This document shows positions 1-12,779 of a stretch of 64,000 bases of DNA, piece after piece (position 1 is the first letter of the stretch; every line of letters starts with the position of its first letter). A program made the position numbers and the translations under genes. The notes beneath the pieces were generated by a model. The model ran no database searches and was not told the origin of the DNA. It saw only the letters and a list, made by a program, of their open reading frames with translations. Origin of the DNA: Marsupella aquatica (lineage: Eukaryota; Plantae; Marchantiophyta); assembly GCA_973895155.1 (NCBI GenBank), contig OZ316893.1, positions 8,394,963 to 8,458,962 of the forward strand. Direction: 5' to 3'.

Positions 1-53
1 TTACTGAGTTTCGGGCAAATAGGCCAGCCAGGCAGACACACAAACCTCCCGAC

Positions 54-2995
54 ATGGCAGGGCTTGGTTGCATCTCCGCTTCTGCCTCGTCCTCGTGCAC
101 TGTGAGGACTGCTGCCGCTGCTGTCAAAGATTCCGCTGCCTCTTGCAGCAGCACGCCGTCCTACTCTGTCGTTCAACGATCGGGAATTGGGGGCAGGGGG
201 GCAGTGCGGATGATATCCAAGGGAGGGTTGTTCGGATATGAACGATTGTTGCCTCACAATTATGATCAACATCATCATCTTCTTCACCATCGAGGTTTGG
301 CTGATGGAGCAGCTGGGCAAAGGGAACAGAAGGGCGGCCTCGGGGTGCAGGCTGTAGTCAAACGGAGCCCCAAGCGATTGAAGTACGCAATGGGTGGCAA
401 CAGTCGTAAGGTGCGAAATCGTCTGTCTGACCCCTCAAGAGCCGCAAAATTCAATTATACTCTGCTCTGCTTCAGGATGTTCAATTCGATTTCCTTAGCT
501 CTAGCGTTGGAGCAAAGGAATTCTTGAAGCACTGCGGGGTGAAGTTGACTGACTGAATTAGAGAGTGAATGATGAGGGTAGCAGGAATTCCCGTTTCATT
601 TTCCTTACTAAGTGTATCTGAACTTGATTTTCTTTACTCAACCGTGTCAAGGATGGAAACATACTGAGCCGAATGTCATGATACTCTCGCTAGATTGAGA
701 TGCTATGTATTGTCACCCAGGACAAAAGAACTGGGTTCATGAGCTAAGCACTTTTCGAATAACTGATCTTTTTAAACATCATTCAGGTGTATCATCCAGA
801 AAATTTCTCACTGTCAATAAATTTTCGAGCCTTGTTTTGCGATCTTTAAAATATTCAGTGATTGACAGATCTTCGTGTGCTTCACTTTCAAGAGTTATGA
901 TATAAATTCTACTTAAAGTCCATATCGTGAGGGGAATTCATCCTTACGAGCCAGCATTGAAGCAAAGTCTTATCTATCCAATTTTGTCCAATTTTTCTAT
1001 CTTCAGGTTCCAGTAGAAATGGTTTTCAAGACTCTCTAGTCCGCTTGTGTTGATAGTTTGCTCGATCGACAGTTATTTCCGTATCCTCCTGTCAATTCCA
1101 TTCAACTCAATTCACTGGGAATCCTTTAGATGTTGGGACCTATTCTGACGTCCAGGAAAATGTCGTTTCAGGGCACAAGTGTAGTCTACGTGCAAGTCGA
1201 TCCCGCAGGATCGGATGTTTGGAAATTGGATGCGATTGTCGACTTAATAAAAGATGGCGCTGTTGGAGTTATCCCAACTGACACAGTGTAGGTTTTGTTT
1301 GATGCATTTAAATTAGCCGTTGACACGAGCGATTTGAAGTGCGAAAACTTTTATTCATGGACTGTAGCAGTTTGGAGGTTCCCTGTATCACTAAATATGC
1401 TCTGAAATTTCTCTGTTAACAGATACGCCATCGTATGTGACCTCAAGAACCGAAACTCAGTCGACCGTCTGTACAGGTGAGAAACATCAAAGAAGATGTT
1501 CCATTGACTTTGCTTGCTTAAGGTGGGTTTCCATCGTGGGCACGCTAAGATTTTAGATTTTAGATCGTTGTTAGGTTGCTCGACCGGGAGGATGGGCAAT
1601 TTTAGGCAACTTATCTGAGACATACGTTACTCGTCTCTAATTCTCCCTCAAATTTGGTCACGCAGAATTAAAGATATGGATTCAAAAAAGGTAGTGTTCG
1701 ATCTCTATCACACTGAATGGTCTCAATGCATATTTGTACATATCCAGATTGTTGGTGTCTTGAGTGTGCTGGAAGTTACCAACTCGGTATCCAATTGGTC
1801 CCTTGCTGTCTATTGACAACTGATATAAGTTTTTTTGATGCCAGCCACTGAGCATTCTTTGTCGTTCATTCCAAGACATTGATACCTACACGACCGGCTT
1901 TCCAAGAGGAGACAGCCATGGCCAAACAAATGTCTTTCGTGCTGCAAAGCAATGTTTTCCAGGACCGGTAAGTTCACTTGTTAGGCCACTTTGTCAATCT
2001 CCCGCCGAAAGCCTGCCTTAAGGACATGTTGGCCAAGAACGGGTGACTCAAGGAAGCTCTGGGCTGTTTATATCTTCACTTCCCATACTAACCTGTAGAA
2101 GCGTTGTTGCAGTACACTTTCATATTACCTGCGAGCAAGGAAATGCCAAAACAGTGTACGACCTTCGGTGGCAGTGAGGCTGTGAGCTGCGCTCCTCGCA
2201 AGAGTGTGGGTGTTCGAATGCCAAATGATGAAATCTGTAAAGCAATCCTTGAGAAGCTGGATGAGCCTTTGTTGTGTACCAGGTGAAGTTCTCCCCTAAC
2301 TTCGCTTCTGGAATTGATTATCAAGTACATCTTGTCGTAAAATCCATGAACTGCTAGTGTATGTTATGCTCCTAATCGTAGTTCATGTTGTCTGCAGCGT
2401 GAAGAGGCCGGCAGATGATGAGTGGATGCTAGACCCAGTAATCATAAGTGACACTTACGGTGCCTCTGATGCGAGGGAGGTCAGCTCTAGACTTATCTCT
2501 CCATTTTTTCTGTTCTCTGCCAATACATGAATGCAACTCTCAGCGACTCGTCTGATAGCACTTTCTCTCTTCACTTCTATTCGGAGCAGATATATATGAA
2601 AGGTACCTTGTCGCCAGTTGATTTGGACATTTGCTGCAGTGACCAGAGGTTTATAAATGGGATTTGAGATGTAAGTGTTGTCTGTGTGGTCAACAGGGCC
2701 TTGATTTTGTAGTCGATGGAGGAATCCGCGTGGCAGATCCATCGACCGTAGTTGACATGACGGGGGCGAAACCAGTCGTTCTCCGATCCGGAAAGGTATG
2801 CTGAAAAGCTTATTCCTTCACCTCGTTTATGGCTGAAAGGTGAGCAATTACTTCACTGTCTAACTCTTGTCCTAACCAGTCATTGACTTTTTAAAATGGG
2901 GGTCCCAGGGAATTGTGGAGGACTGGATGCTGATGGAAGCGCATGACTCATCAGAGCTTCAGCATGTCGGCGGACGAATAAATCCGTATGCCTAG
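54..2995 (+). CDS. YrdC/Sua5 (YciO-like) domain protein, probably plastid-targeted
   Basis: GT-AG exons at about 54-410, 1172-1287, 1423-1476, 1666-1690, 1845-1967, 2113-2282, 2398-2479, 2697-2795 and 2909-2995 join in frame. They give YrdC-family motifs GAVGVIPTDTVYAIVCDL, KKPLSILC, FPGPYTFILPASKEMP, RKSVGVRMP, PLLCTSV and DFVVDGGIRVADPSTVVDMT...LRSGKG. The Ser/Ala-rich N-terminal extension resembles a transit peptide. Confidence 0.9.
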
Positions 2996-5900
2996 TATGA
3001 AGACCCCAGTTGACATCTGTGCCACCCTCAATAATTGCAAACGATGTACATAGTAGGGTGCTTCTCTGTTTACCAATCTTTTCCGGAGTGCTGATTGAGG
3101 ATTGGATTAGCCATTTGCAGCCTTTCTTTAGGATTCTGGAATCGAATTTTCTGGAGGTTGTACTTGCCTCTAGTTTGTTTTGTTGTAATTATGTACACTA
3201 GTCGAGCTCTTGCGAAGTTAAGGACGTGTGTATCCTTCAAACGGCCAGCTGGTCTTCATGTAGTTAGCTGAGTGCGCTGAAGTGTATATTCTCGTGTTCC
3301 CGTGAGAACCGATTTTTCTCAGTTGAATGAGACTGTAATATGCAGTGAACTACACAAGATCTATGGATGGCTGAATCGGTTGATCACTTTCTGGCCATCA
3401 TGCAGCGATTCAGGCTGGTTTATGGAGAAAGCACTGCCAGACTTGATAAAGTTATGCTTTATTGTGTAAACTCACTGGCCGCCAGTCGAATTTTTGGCTC
3501 ATTTTGGTTAGAAAGAAGAAACTTTGCCTGTCTTCAGGAATTTGGCGCGATATTACTCACCTTTTGGTTGATAGTCAATTTGGATGAACTCACTGAATCC
3601 TGGTGTTATGGTGAAGTTAACGAGTACCCTGCAATGTTCATACCATTGGCCTCTTCTGTCCATTGGTGCTGTGTAACAGCTTGTTGGCTCAACTTGTGGC
3701 CTCCGCCATTGTAGAATTGTCTGATTTGGCTCGTCGGATAAGCATGATTTCACTGCCCAAGCTTCTTGATGTAAATGAAAGTTTCCAAATCTCCTGTTTT
3801 TGTGCAAACTAAGTCGTCTCTGCTCGCAATGGACCACAAATCAAGTTTCAATGAAACAGTCTACCTATTGGTGAAACAAAATTCAGGAATGACATGTGGG
3901 ACAAGCAGGGATAAGAGTGAAACACTGGGGATTACTCCAGCGTAGAAAATGATCTGCTTGTCCGTAAGTACAAACGAGACTGCGAAGAGCACGAATGATT
4001 GGATGGCAATTAGTGTCCACGACACCTGATAAGTAAAAAGAGCATACATGTTCTATTTACGCACCACAAGCAGGAATTTTTGGACCATTTTGGAATCTCA
4101 GTTGGCTGGCAGCTTTACATCACTCCACTGGAGCATAGTCAAAACACTTAGTTAACAACGACTCTAAGGCTGCTCACATTTTCTGAACAAAACAAGACGT
4201 GTTATTATCAAACCAACTCAACTCCAATCCAATTAATTTTCCGATGCCGTTAAATTTGATTTAATCTGGACTGACTTATTAACAGAATTCAAACCTAGCT
4301 TGGTCATGAGACTGTTATAAAACTGTTATAAAAACTGGACAGGATTCTCGTTCTATTTGGTGCCTTTAACCGTGTGTCCAAAAGACGGTCTTCTCTGGGA
4401 ACTCGTAGGTATTCTGAATTTCTCAGGCCCTCTTTGTCTGGCATACTAGTACCTATAAATTTGGCCAAATTGTCTTCTCTGGGAATTACTTGCTATTGCT
4501 CAATCTCTAAGACTCCCTCTGTCTGGTATACTAATAGCCTATCAGTTTGGCGAGTCTGGCGAAGACGAATGAAAGACACAAAAAGCGAAACGAATGTGAG
4601 CTAGAACAAAAATGTGATCATCTGACGAGCAAAAAGTGACGGGCTCTGAGCGGTCTCCACAGTCTACGAATGGCACAGCTGTTCTGTTCTTACTCTCGTA
4701 GTGCAACGAAGCAACTAACGAAAGCGTAGCAATGCCTTTCGCTGGGCCATGGACGCAAACCAGCCGCTCCAGCCATATATCCAACAACAGTAGATGCTAC
4801 AGTAGACAGCCACAAATAAGACTGGTTGCACCCACAGCCATACTGGCAGTTAAATACAGCACAACAGTAGATACGGAAGTCCACCGGCTAACTTTCCGTG
4901 GTACTCGGCTCTTGAATTTCTATTCACCACCGACCTCTCATCCACGACAGATCTAGAACGAAAGCAGGACAGAAAGGTGTAGAAGGACATGCAGTGTATA
5001 CAGTGTACATCAGTGTACATCAGTCCTTCCTTTGAACAGACCCATCAAAGACCAAACAACCAAAGACCAAACAATCAATGAGAGGTTTGCATTCGGATAG
5101 CAAGGGTTCCAAAGGAGGGTACAGCGTGAGGTCTCAATGCGGTGCAGATCCGGACTAGGCACCATTAACAATGATTCTATCGAGTGTATCGACTTGCGAG
5201 CTCGTAGTTGCAACAGAAAATACGATAAAAGCGACGGAAAGTACATTCACCTCAATTCACCAAACTCGGGATTCCCGCTACTCTACTTGCTTGGTTGCAG
5301 AAACAGCTTTATTAGAATTCCAATTGTAGCTTACAATTTGTACCCTAAATCTGCTCTGGGTTGTGTAATCAATCGTCGCACCCGCGAATGAAGTACAGAA
5401 ACAATAGGAAACCTCGCCAGTCTTTCACAGCAAAACACTGATAGAAACATAGTCGACCGTCTGATCTCCGAATTATACGACAGGAGACGCACAGCCCCTA
5501 CGGACCATCACTTGAATAACTGAGACGCTGATATCGTATGAAAAAATGAATGAGACGGACTCAATTCATTGTCATGGCCGTACTAACGAAACACCATGGA
5601 AATCCGAGATGACAGTTTTGGGTTCCAGGCCAAGAAAGGAGAAGATTTAGCGAATCGACTTGGAAAAGCGGGCCCAAGATATGGACATCCACAGTTGAGT
5701 AGAGAGGACACTCGTCACATACACAACACTACTGCAACTGAACGAACCAATGCAAGAATGTACGAAAACCCGAGTGACTATGCATTCATGCCCACTTCAA
5801 CCCCGGAGAGCATGAGCTCAGAGAACTCAAAACTGGTGTGGGAAACACAACCACGCTGAAAACACTTATTTCTCAAGGAATACATTGTAGTGACGAAACT

Positions 5901-6566
5901 CTCAAACACCTCTCAGATCATGACATGGAATCTGAGAGAAACCAAGTAGGGAGGATTTTACACATGGGCACATCTTCAATGACCCTACCACGGTAGCGAA
6001 CAAGTCCCGAGAAAAGCCAATCCCAGATCCAGTAGTTCTAGCATAAACAGGTTCAGTCTAGGAACTCCGAGAATTACTCGTTGGCATCAACGAATTAAAC
6101 TAAAAAAGTATTCAATAACAGAGTAAGTGAATTAAGCAACTTCTAGAAGATTCGACATGCAGGCAACAACAGTCCACAACAGTCCACAACAGAAACCTCT
6201 CATGCTTTAGGTGCGGAATGGTACTTGAAGGACACAAATGACATCCACAACAATTGTGTGTACAGATGCATGGCTATTTCAGCCCATCGTCAATTCGAAG
6301 CACCTATCAAAATCCTGTCATGGTCACACAGCAGATCTCAATTTCAGAGAGCAGAGAATCTGAATCAAAGCAAGAAACTCGATTGCATGCAAAAGACACA
6401 ATTCTGCTTTCTGCCGAAGGATGAGACGAGATGTACTGTAGCCTCGTCACGTCCATGGAAGATTTGGCCCACACTAATGGCTTAGAAGTACTTGTGAGAT
6501 TGTATTTGTTCTTTCCAAACAATGCCGCCCTTGAAACTGAATCTTGAGCATTGTTGTCACGGCCAC

Positions 6567-7623
6567 AAGGGGTGGCTTTGCAAGACTAGCTTGTTTTTAT
6601 TTCCTTTATATTAGATGTGGACCTGATAATGAGTGGAATGAGAACCTAAAGGGTAGCTTTACAAGACTGGGGGGGGGGGGGGGGAGGGGGCATTGCTTCT
6701 TTTACTTTCCTCCGTGTTAATCTGGACCAGATAATGAGTGGAAAGAGAACCTGAAGAGAACACTCTAGGTTACAAAAAAATTGTCAAGCAAAGTACAATG
6801 AAGAAAAAGCAAAATAGGTCCAAAGCAGACAAACACCAAACTCACAAGTAAACCCCAAACACCTAGGAAAAAATGTGGCTTTACAAGACTTAGGGGACCC
6901 ATTGCTTCTTTTAATTTCTTTTATTTAAATCTGGACCCAACATGAGTGGAATGGAAACCTGAAGGGTTGCTTTATGAGATTTTGGGGGCCCATTGCTTTC
7001 TTTTATTCCCTCTATGTGAAATGTGGATGGAACAACAAGTGGAATGAGAACCTGAAGGGCGGCTTTACAAGACTTAGGGGGGACCATTGCTTCTTTGTAT
7101 TCAGTCTATATTGAATTTGGGCCAAATAATGAGTGGAATGAGAACCTGAAGGGTGGCTTTACAATACTTAGGGGCCCTTGCTTCTTTTTATCTCCTGTAT
7201 ACTATTAAATCTGGACCTAATAATGAGTGGAATGACCCTGAAGGATGGCTTTACATTACGAGGTGCCTTGCTTTTATTCCCTCTGTATCAAATCTGGACT
7301 CTATGATGAGTGAAAATGGCTGCAGTCTGCTTTACCAGAACTCTGGGCCCATTCAGGTATGGTGTAGACATATCCTACATGGCAAGTAGTGGACCCGACG
7401 AAATGTTGATGTGAACTGCTTATTTGTTTTGGTTTGGAGTCTATCTATACTATCATTTGATATGGAAGTCTATCATTCACTACCTACTGTAGCCGGTATA
7501 ATGAAACCATAGGCCATTATTTTTCAGGCAGAAATTTTTAATATTTAGACCGGGAGTCAAAAACAAAAAGTGGTCACAAGTGCCCCCCTACCTCCCCCCC
7601 CCCCCCTTCTTGTAATAGGCACC
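6567..7623. mobile_element. Non-autonomous TIR-type element with its left end amplified into a ~93-bp tandem array
   Basis: About 7-8 degenerate units of GGGTGGCTTTACAAGACT..GGGG.CCATTGCTTC..AAT(C/G)TGGACC..AATGAGTGGAATGAGAACCTGAA lie at about 6567-7330. A degenerate inverted copy of the unit start (TGCCCCCC...TCTTGTAATAGGCACC) lies at about 7581-7623. A homologous copy is at 15637-16016. No TSD was identified. Confidence 0.55.
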
Positions 7624-8217
7624 AAGAAGATACCCATGGCTAAAATTCACTTCCGAGACTCAACTACTTGGCCCACTATGGTGAATTAGGCCTTTGGAAG
7701 GACGGGCTACAGGAGATAGCTCTCATGCTACCTAATACTACACTGGAGCAATAAACCACATTTTGAAATCATGTACTATATTCCTAACTATAAGGCAGTA
7801 CCTACGTTGTTGTACAATTAGTTGTTTGCTTTTTGCATTTTAATTCAACCAAAGACTTGATGGGCCCTGTAGGATTAAAAACCCACCAACAAGGCCCCTT
7901 CTTTCAAACTTGATTTGCTGGGGCTTGGGGCCCCCAACCCTGTGCACCACCTTTCTGGGTTGTGAGCACGTACTGTAGTCCGGATGCTGTTGCAGCAACC
8001 GGGTGTAAATCTACAGCATGGTTTAGGGACCACAGCCAAGACTTCCCATTGGGATGCTGCAACATGAACTTGCATTTTCGATCCTGAAGGATTTTGTGAC
8101 TTGCAAGTCTGGATTTTGGTGACCTTTGACAGGTTAATACGCAAGGCGTGATGGTGTAATGTTGTACAGGAACGGACTTTAGGGTGAGGCAAGCAGGAGG
8201 GCACATCGATCATCATT

Positions 8218-8351
8218 AGGGCGTCTCAATATGAAAAAAACTTGCATACATGGGCGGCCCAAGATGCAGACAGGCACACCACGTCAGGGTTCAGGCGCCA
8301 ATATTCCCAGGCGCAGAAATATACTCATTCTCTCTATATGTGAGACACCCT
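8218..8351. mobile_element. 134-bp MITE with PHIS/Harbinger-type TIRs
   Basis: ATT|AGGGCGTCTCAA ... GTGAGACACCCT|ATT gives 12-bp TIRs with 2 mismatches and a 3-bp ATT duplication. The terminal motif is the same as in the elements at 57616-63496 and 57629-57930. Confidence 0.8.
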
Positions 8352-9588
8352 ATTCCAGAACCAGAGTTGCAGCTGCGGGTTGTTTGCAGTTTTAAGGAGC
8401 ATCGCAACATTGCTACAGCACAGTTGCGGGGCTTGCTGAAGTAACTGGGAAGTGACTGCAACCCAGCAGGGGATACATGAGGGTTGTAAGGACCAGGGGC
8501 AGCAAGTCCCTTGCAAAAGAAGTGGCCTCTTTGGGGTCTTTTTGTGCTGCAGGGTCCCCATTGAGCCTTTCATTGAATTTTAATGTATTCAGTGAAGAAT
8601 GGACTCTAGAGATTTCTAAGAAATGGTGAGAAACAAACGGGGAAACAAACTCTGAAACAAATATTCTTGATGGGAACATTGTTGTTTTAGAGCAAAGTTA
8701 TGCAAGTTAGTAGCTTGGAGGTGGCGAAACCCCTAGGATTATGTTTTTGTAAGGAGGTGGGAAAACTTCTCAAGATACTTGCATAGATTCCAAAACACAC
8801 TCTGGTTGCCTTGAAATATACAGTACTCACATTTTGTTCTGATAATGAAAACACAAGGAAATATGGCTAGCCTGAAGTTAGATCCTTCCTAATCTTGATA
8901 AATTTGATTGTCCATAACAGGTATGCACAAAACTGAGGATCCTTAGCTTGCATCATGAGCATGAACAAGAGATCCCAACAATGACGATACAGGCATCATG
9001 TTGTTATTTCACAGCCCCTTGTCATCTTACTCAGGATTTTTGCCTGAAGGAGCCCTTAACAAATACTGACCAAGACAACTTCTTATTCGGCCACTGTTGC
9101 CAAAGCTATGGCAGGACTAAACAGTCAATATTTGCCCACTTTTTGAACTTTGTTAAAGAACATTATGGATTAATTTTGATAACCTGGACCCACCAGGATT
9201 TGCTTTGGGGATAGTGGAGGTTTAGAATAAGTTTTAGAAGTTGAGAATCATTTGCAAACCAAACTTAGAGGACCACTTTCAGCAATCTTTGAGAAGGATG
9301 AAAACAAATCATGACAGAAACATTGTAGATCTTGAGCTAATTTAGAGACTTATTATGTACATTTACAGAACAAACAAACAACTGGAGGAACTTCATACCT
9401 CGGTCAGCCAATGTACATGAGCAAAAGGACCATTGATGACCTCCTTTGTAGAGTGAAACCGTAGACCTTAATTTCTCTGGTATGGTGACCATTCATGACC
9501 TCCTCTCTCTTGTGATACCATAGACCGCAAGAACAAATTTTGATATTTAGAATGTGTTTGTGAATAGGGTTGGGCAATGGGGAGTCTG

Positions 9589-9880
9589 TGTTGGGGATAA
9601 TCCCTATCCCGAGACACCATGCACATGAGAACACCATACAAAGTAGTCGACACAGCAAGTACGTGGTTCACCTCATGACCGAGGTTACGTCCACGGGAAA
9701 GCAAGAGACCTTACTTCTCTCTTGCCCAACTCCAACAGTGAACTGAAGATCCACCAGGGATTGGCACCAGCCCTGGCTATATACACAATAACATTACCGC
9801 TAACCTTAGCTAAGTCCGAACCTGAGTTAGCCTAACTGTGGCTAGCTCAAGAGTCACAAGACTAAGAGCAATACCTAACA
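9589..9880 (-). mobile_element. Copia-type solo LTR
   Basis: It begins TGTTGG and ends CCTAACA, flanked by a perfect 5-bp TSD GTCTG (9584-9588 and 9881-9885). Its end CTAAGAGCAATACCTAACA resembles the end of the Copia LTR at 27385-27763. Confidence 0.85.
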
Positions 9881-10575
9881 GTCTGGGTACGGGCTCAGCT
9901 ACAGGAAGCCCCTTGTTAGGCCTTTATTCTTATTCTTTACCACAATTAGTTTAACTGTAATCAGGTGTTTGGTTAAAGGTTAAATGTGCTACTACTATAT
10001 TCACTAGACTAGTATGACTTAACTAGTGAGTAGAACTTGAGATTCATTGTTACAGAGCTCCATTGTGTGTTTTCATGGACGTAGCTTCTCAAGAAGTGAA
10101 CCACATATCTTTTGTGTAACTACTTGAATTGTGTGTTTATTAAATGTTGCACATTTACATGTTGTCTTTGAGTAGCTGTTGTTTGCTCAACATCACTCTT
10201 ATACATGGACAGATATTCATTTGAGGCTACTTGCAACAAAAGACTAAAGATCCAAGTTCTATGGTCTTAAGTTCAATAGTTGTGTTCCTCTTTCCATTTG
10301 GGGCTATGCTGCAAATCATGTTAACCTGAATTGACTTGTGTGTGTCTCAAGCACTTGTAAAGTTGTAAGAATTTGTATGGAAATACAAAAATATAAACTA
10401 AGCAAAGAATTTTCTTGCTTGCAAAGCCAGTTTTGTAGCTTGCTATAATTGTGCACTATCTCTTGTTGAAACATGTAGGGATCCATGTTTTTCAACTCAG
10501 GAAAGACTAAACAAATTTTGGTGATCTGATTTAATTAGTGTTTGAGCTGTAACACTATAAGAGTTCACATGTCAA

Positions 10576-10680
10576 CCCTTTCCAGTAGCACTTTGACTTT
10601 TCTTCTTATCCTTGACTCTGAAAGTTGTTAACCGTTTCCAGTAGCACTTTGACTTTTTTCTTTCCCTTAACACTGAAAAT
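10576..10680. repeat. Two-copy ~56-bp tandem duplication
   Basis: TTTCCAGTAGCACTTTGACTTTT.. occurs at about 10578 and 10634, with similar downstream sequence. Confidence 0.75.
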
Positions 10681-10839
10681 TCTGGCAATTGTTTTTCTCA
10701 CTTTGGATTTCCCTTCCTGAGCAATAAAAGTGACTTTGCATTTGAGGTTTCATCTTTGCCAGGCTGTGTTTTCCATGAGGTTCCCTACAGATGCACATTA
10801 ACAACTCACTATGTACCTGGCTATATAGGAAAAATAACA

Positions 10840-11700
10840 ATTAGTGATCTAAAAGAACAACTGAGTTTATTCTGGTATGGAAAATCCATCCAATGTGTTG
10901 GCAGGTGTCAGCCACACAGTGAACCATAACAATACTGGAAGGTACCAGAAAGCGTTCCATGACACTTGCAAATGTAAAGTGAATTCTGACAACACTTTTC
11001 TTTCTACATACTTTTCTCATCACCTGGTCCATCCGGGCTGAAAGGTTCATGGGAGTGGTTCATCAGAGCATCACTTTGCTGCATTCCTGAAAGTGTTAAG
11101 CCCCCGTGGACCCTGAATATTTGACAAAATGCCTGGTGGACCATCACAACCGAGATGGACCACAAATTACTTCTTTTTCATACATATGTGGTCCATCCCA
11201 ATATTCAGCTCTCCATCAGGGCTTGTTTTCTTGAATTTAATGTAGGAATTATAAAATAGACATTCATTTAAACATTCATTGTCACTAGAATGACATGGAC
11301 TTTTAATTAGAGTAAACAGATTGAATTTCTTGGGATCCAAGTGCAAAGGTTTGAGTTTGTTCACCAAGTATTTGAGAAGATGCTTCTCAAAGCACTCCCG
11401 CCAGTCTGCCAATGAGAGCCACTGGGAGCATGTAAGGTGGGTTTGGCTGAACTGACCACCATCCTGCCTGGATGTTCAAGATTGCGCATGAACACATTGA
11501 TCCCACAGCTGCACTTGGTCAGCCGTGAATTTGAATTTGCCAGTGGGGATCGCTCTTGAGCAGGACTCAACCCAGGTGCCTGCATTGCCTTTTCACTTCG
11601 CTAAACCTTCAAATGGTAAGGTCATTTCACGCACACAGGTGGGAATGTTCGAAGTGCAGGCTGACCATCTAGTCCCCTAGTGTTACAAGTGTCCACAATG
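10840..11700 (-). pseudogene. Possible highly degenerate TE coding fragment
   Basis: Broken Cys/His-containing minus-strand ORF pieces include LGCDGPPG..IQGPRG, which weakly recalls the D-x-P-A..KGH.G motif of CACTA-like transposases. There are many stops and the family cannot be established. Confidence 0.25.
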
Positions 11701-11843
11701 ACCTGTAAACAAGACATGACTATATTTGTATAGGGTTGCGGATTTTTGATGTGCTCTTACTTGGACATCACACATGGAGGGATGCATAAATAATCCTTAA
11801 TTATCACTTATAACATAGTACATACCGTGACAAAGTGCACTCA

Positions 11844-12462
11844 TGGGGCATCTTCCTGAGAGCCTGCACTTAGAAACATAAATGTGAGCTTGGGGCATCC
11901 TTTCTGTAGCTATTACTTAGACACATAAGTGCAAGCTTGGGGGTATTCTCTCTGAACCTTGTACTTAGACACATAATTGCAAGCTTGGGGCATCCTCTCC
12001 GAAGCATGCACTTGAACACATCAGTGCAGGCTTGGGACATCCTGTCCAGAGTACTTAGACACATAAGTGCAAGCTTGGTGCATCCTCTCCACACATTGCA
12101 CTTATACACATAAGTGCAATCTTGGGGCATCCTCTCAGGAACCAGACTTAGACATATAAATGACAAGCTTGTCCCACAGATTTTACTTAGACAGATAGTG
12201 TGCAAGCCTGGGGCATCTTCTTCACAATTGCACTTATATGCATAAGTGCAATCTTGGGGCATCCTCTACAGCACTTCCACTTAGACACCTAGTTTGGGCA
12301 TCGTCATGGGAACCTGCACTTGGATACATAATTGCAAGCTTGGTGTCCCTCCCTGGATATTGCACTTAATATTTAAGTGCAAGCTTGGGGCACGTCTTTT
12401 GAGATTGCACTTAGACACGTAAGTGCGAGCTTGGGGGCATCCTCTCGGGAAGCTGCACTTAT
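11844..12462. repeat. Minisatellite of ~45-bp units, each with an internal hairpin
   Basis: About 13-14 units have the consensus TGCACTTAGACACATAAGTGCAAGCTTGGGGCATCC plus about 10 variable nt. Confidence 0.9.
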
Positions 12463-12779
12463 AACAGAATAATAGTCTGTATGGACAAAGGCATGGATCA
12501 CATGCATGGCACAGCCGCCTTCAGAAAGTGTCTTGGCAATTGCCATACGTAAGTGAGTCCTGTACAGTAGTGTACAGTATGGTGGATGGGATCCCTTCCT
12601 CTACGACGCGTTTTGCATCTTTCCGGCTCTGAGCAGCAACAGGGGGAGAAAAAGACAAACTCAGAAAGAAGAAAAGGAGAAAGCACAGGAAGTACACGCC
12701 AGCAATGACGAAGCTTTTGGGGGAATGTTGTGAGGAGGAATAAATAATAGATGCAATGAGGAGTCCCGTATGCCACTTT

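Noticed and set aside
11844-12462. CRISPR array
   Set aside because: The context is eukaryotic, the repeats are degenerate, the spacers are only about 10 nt, and there are no cas genes.
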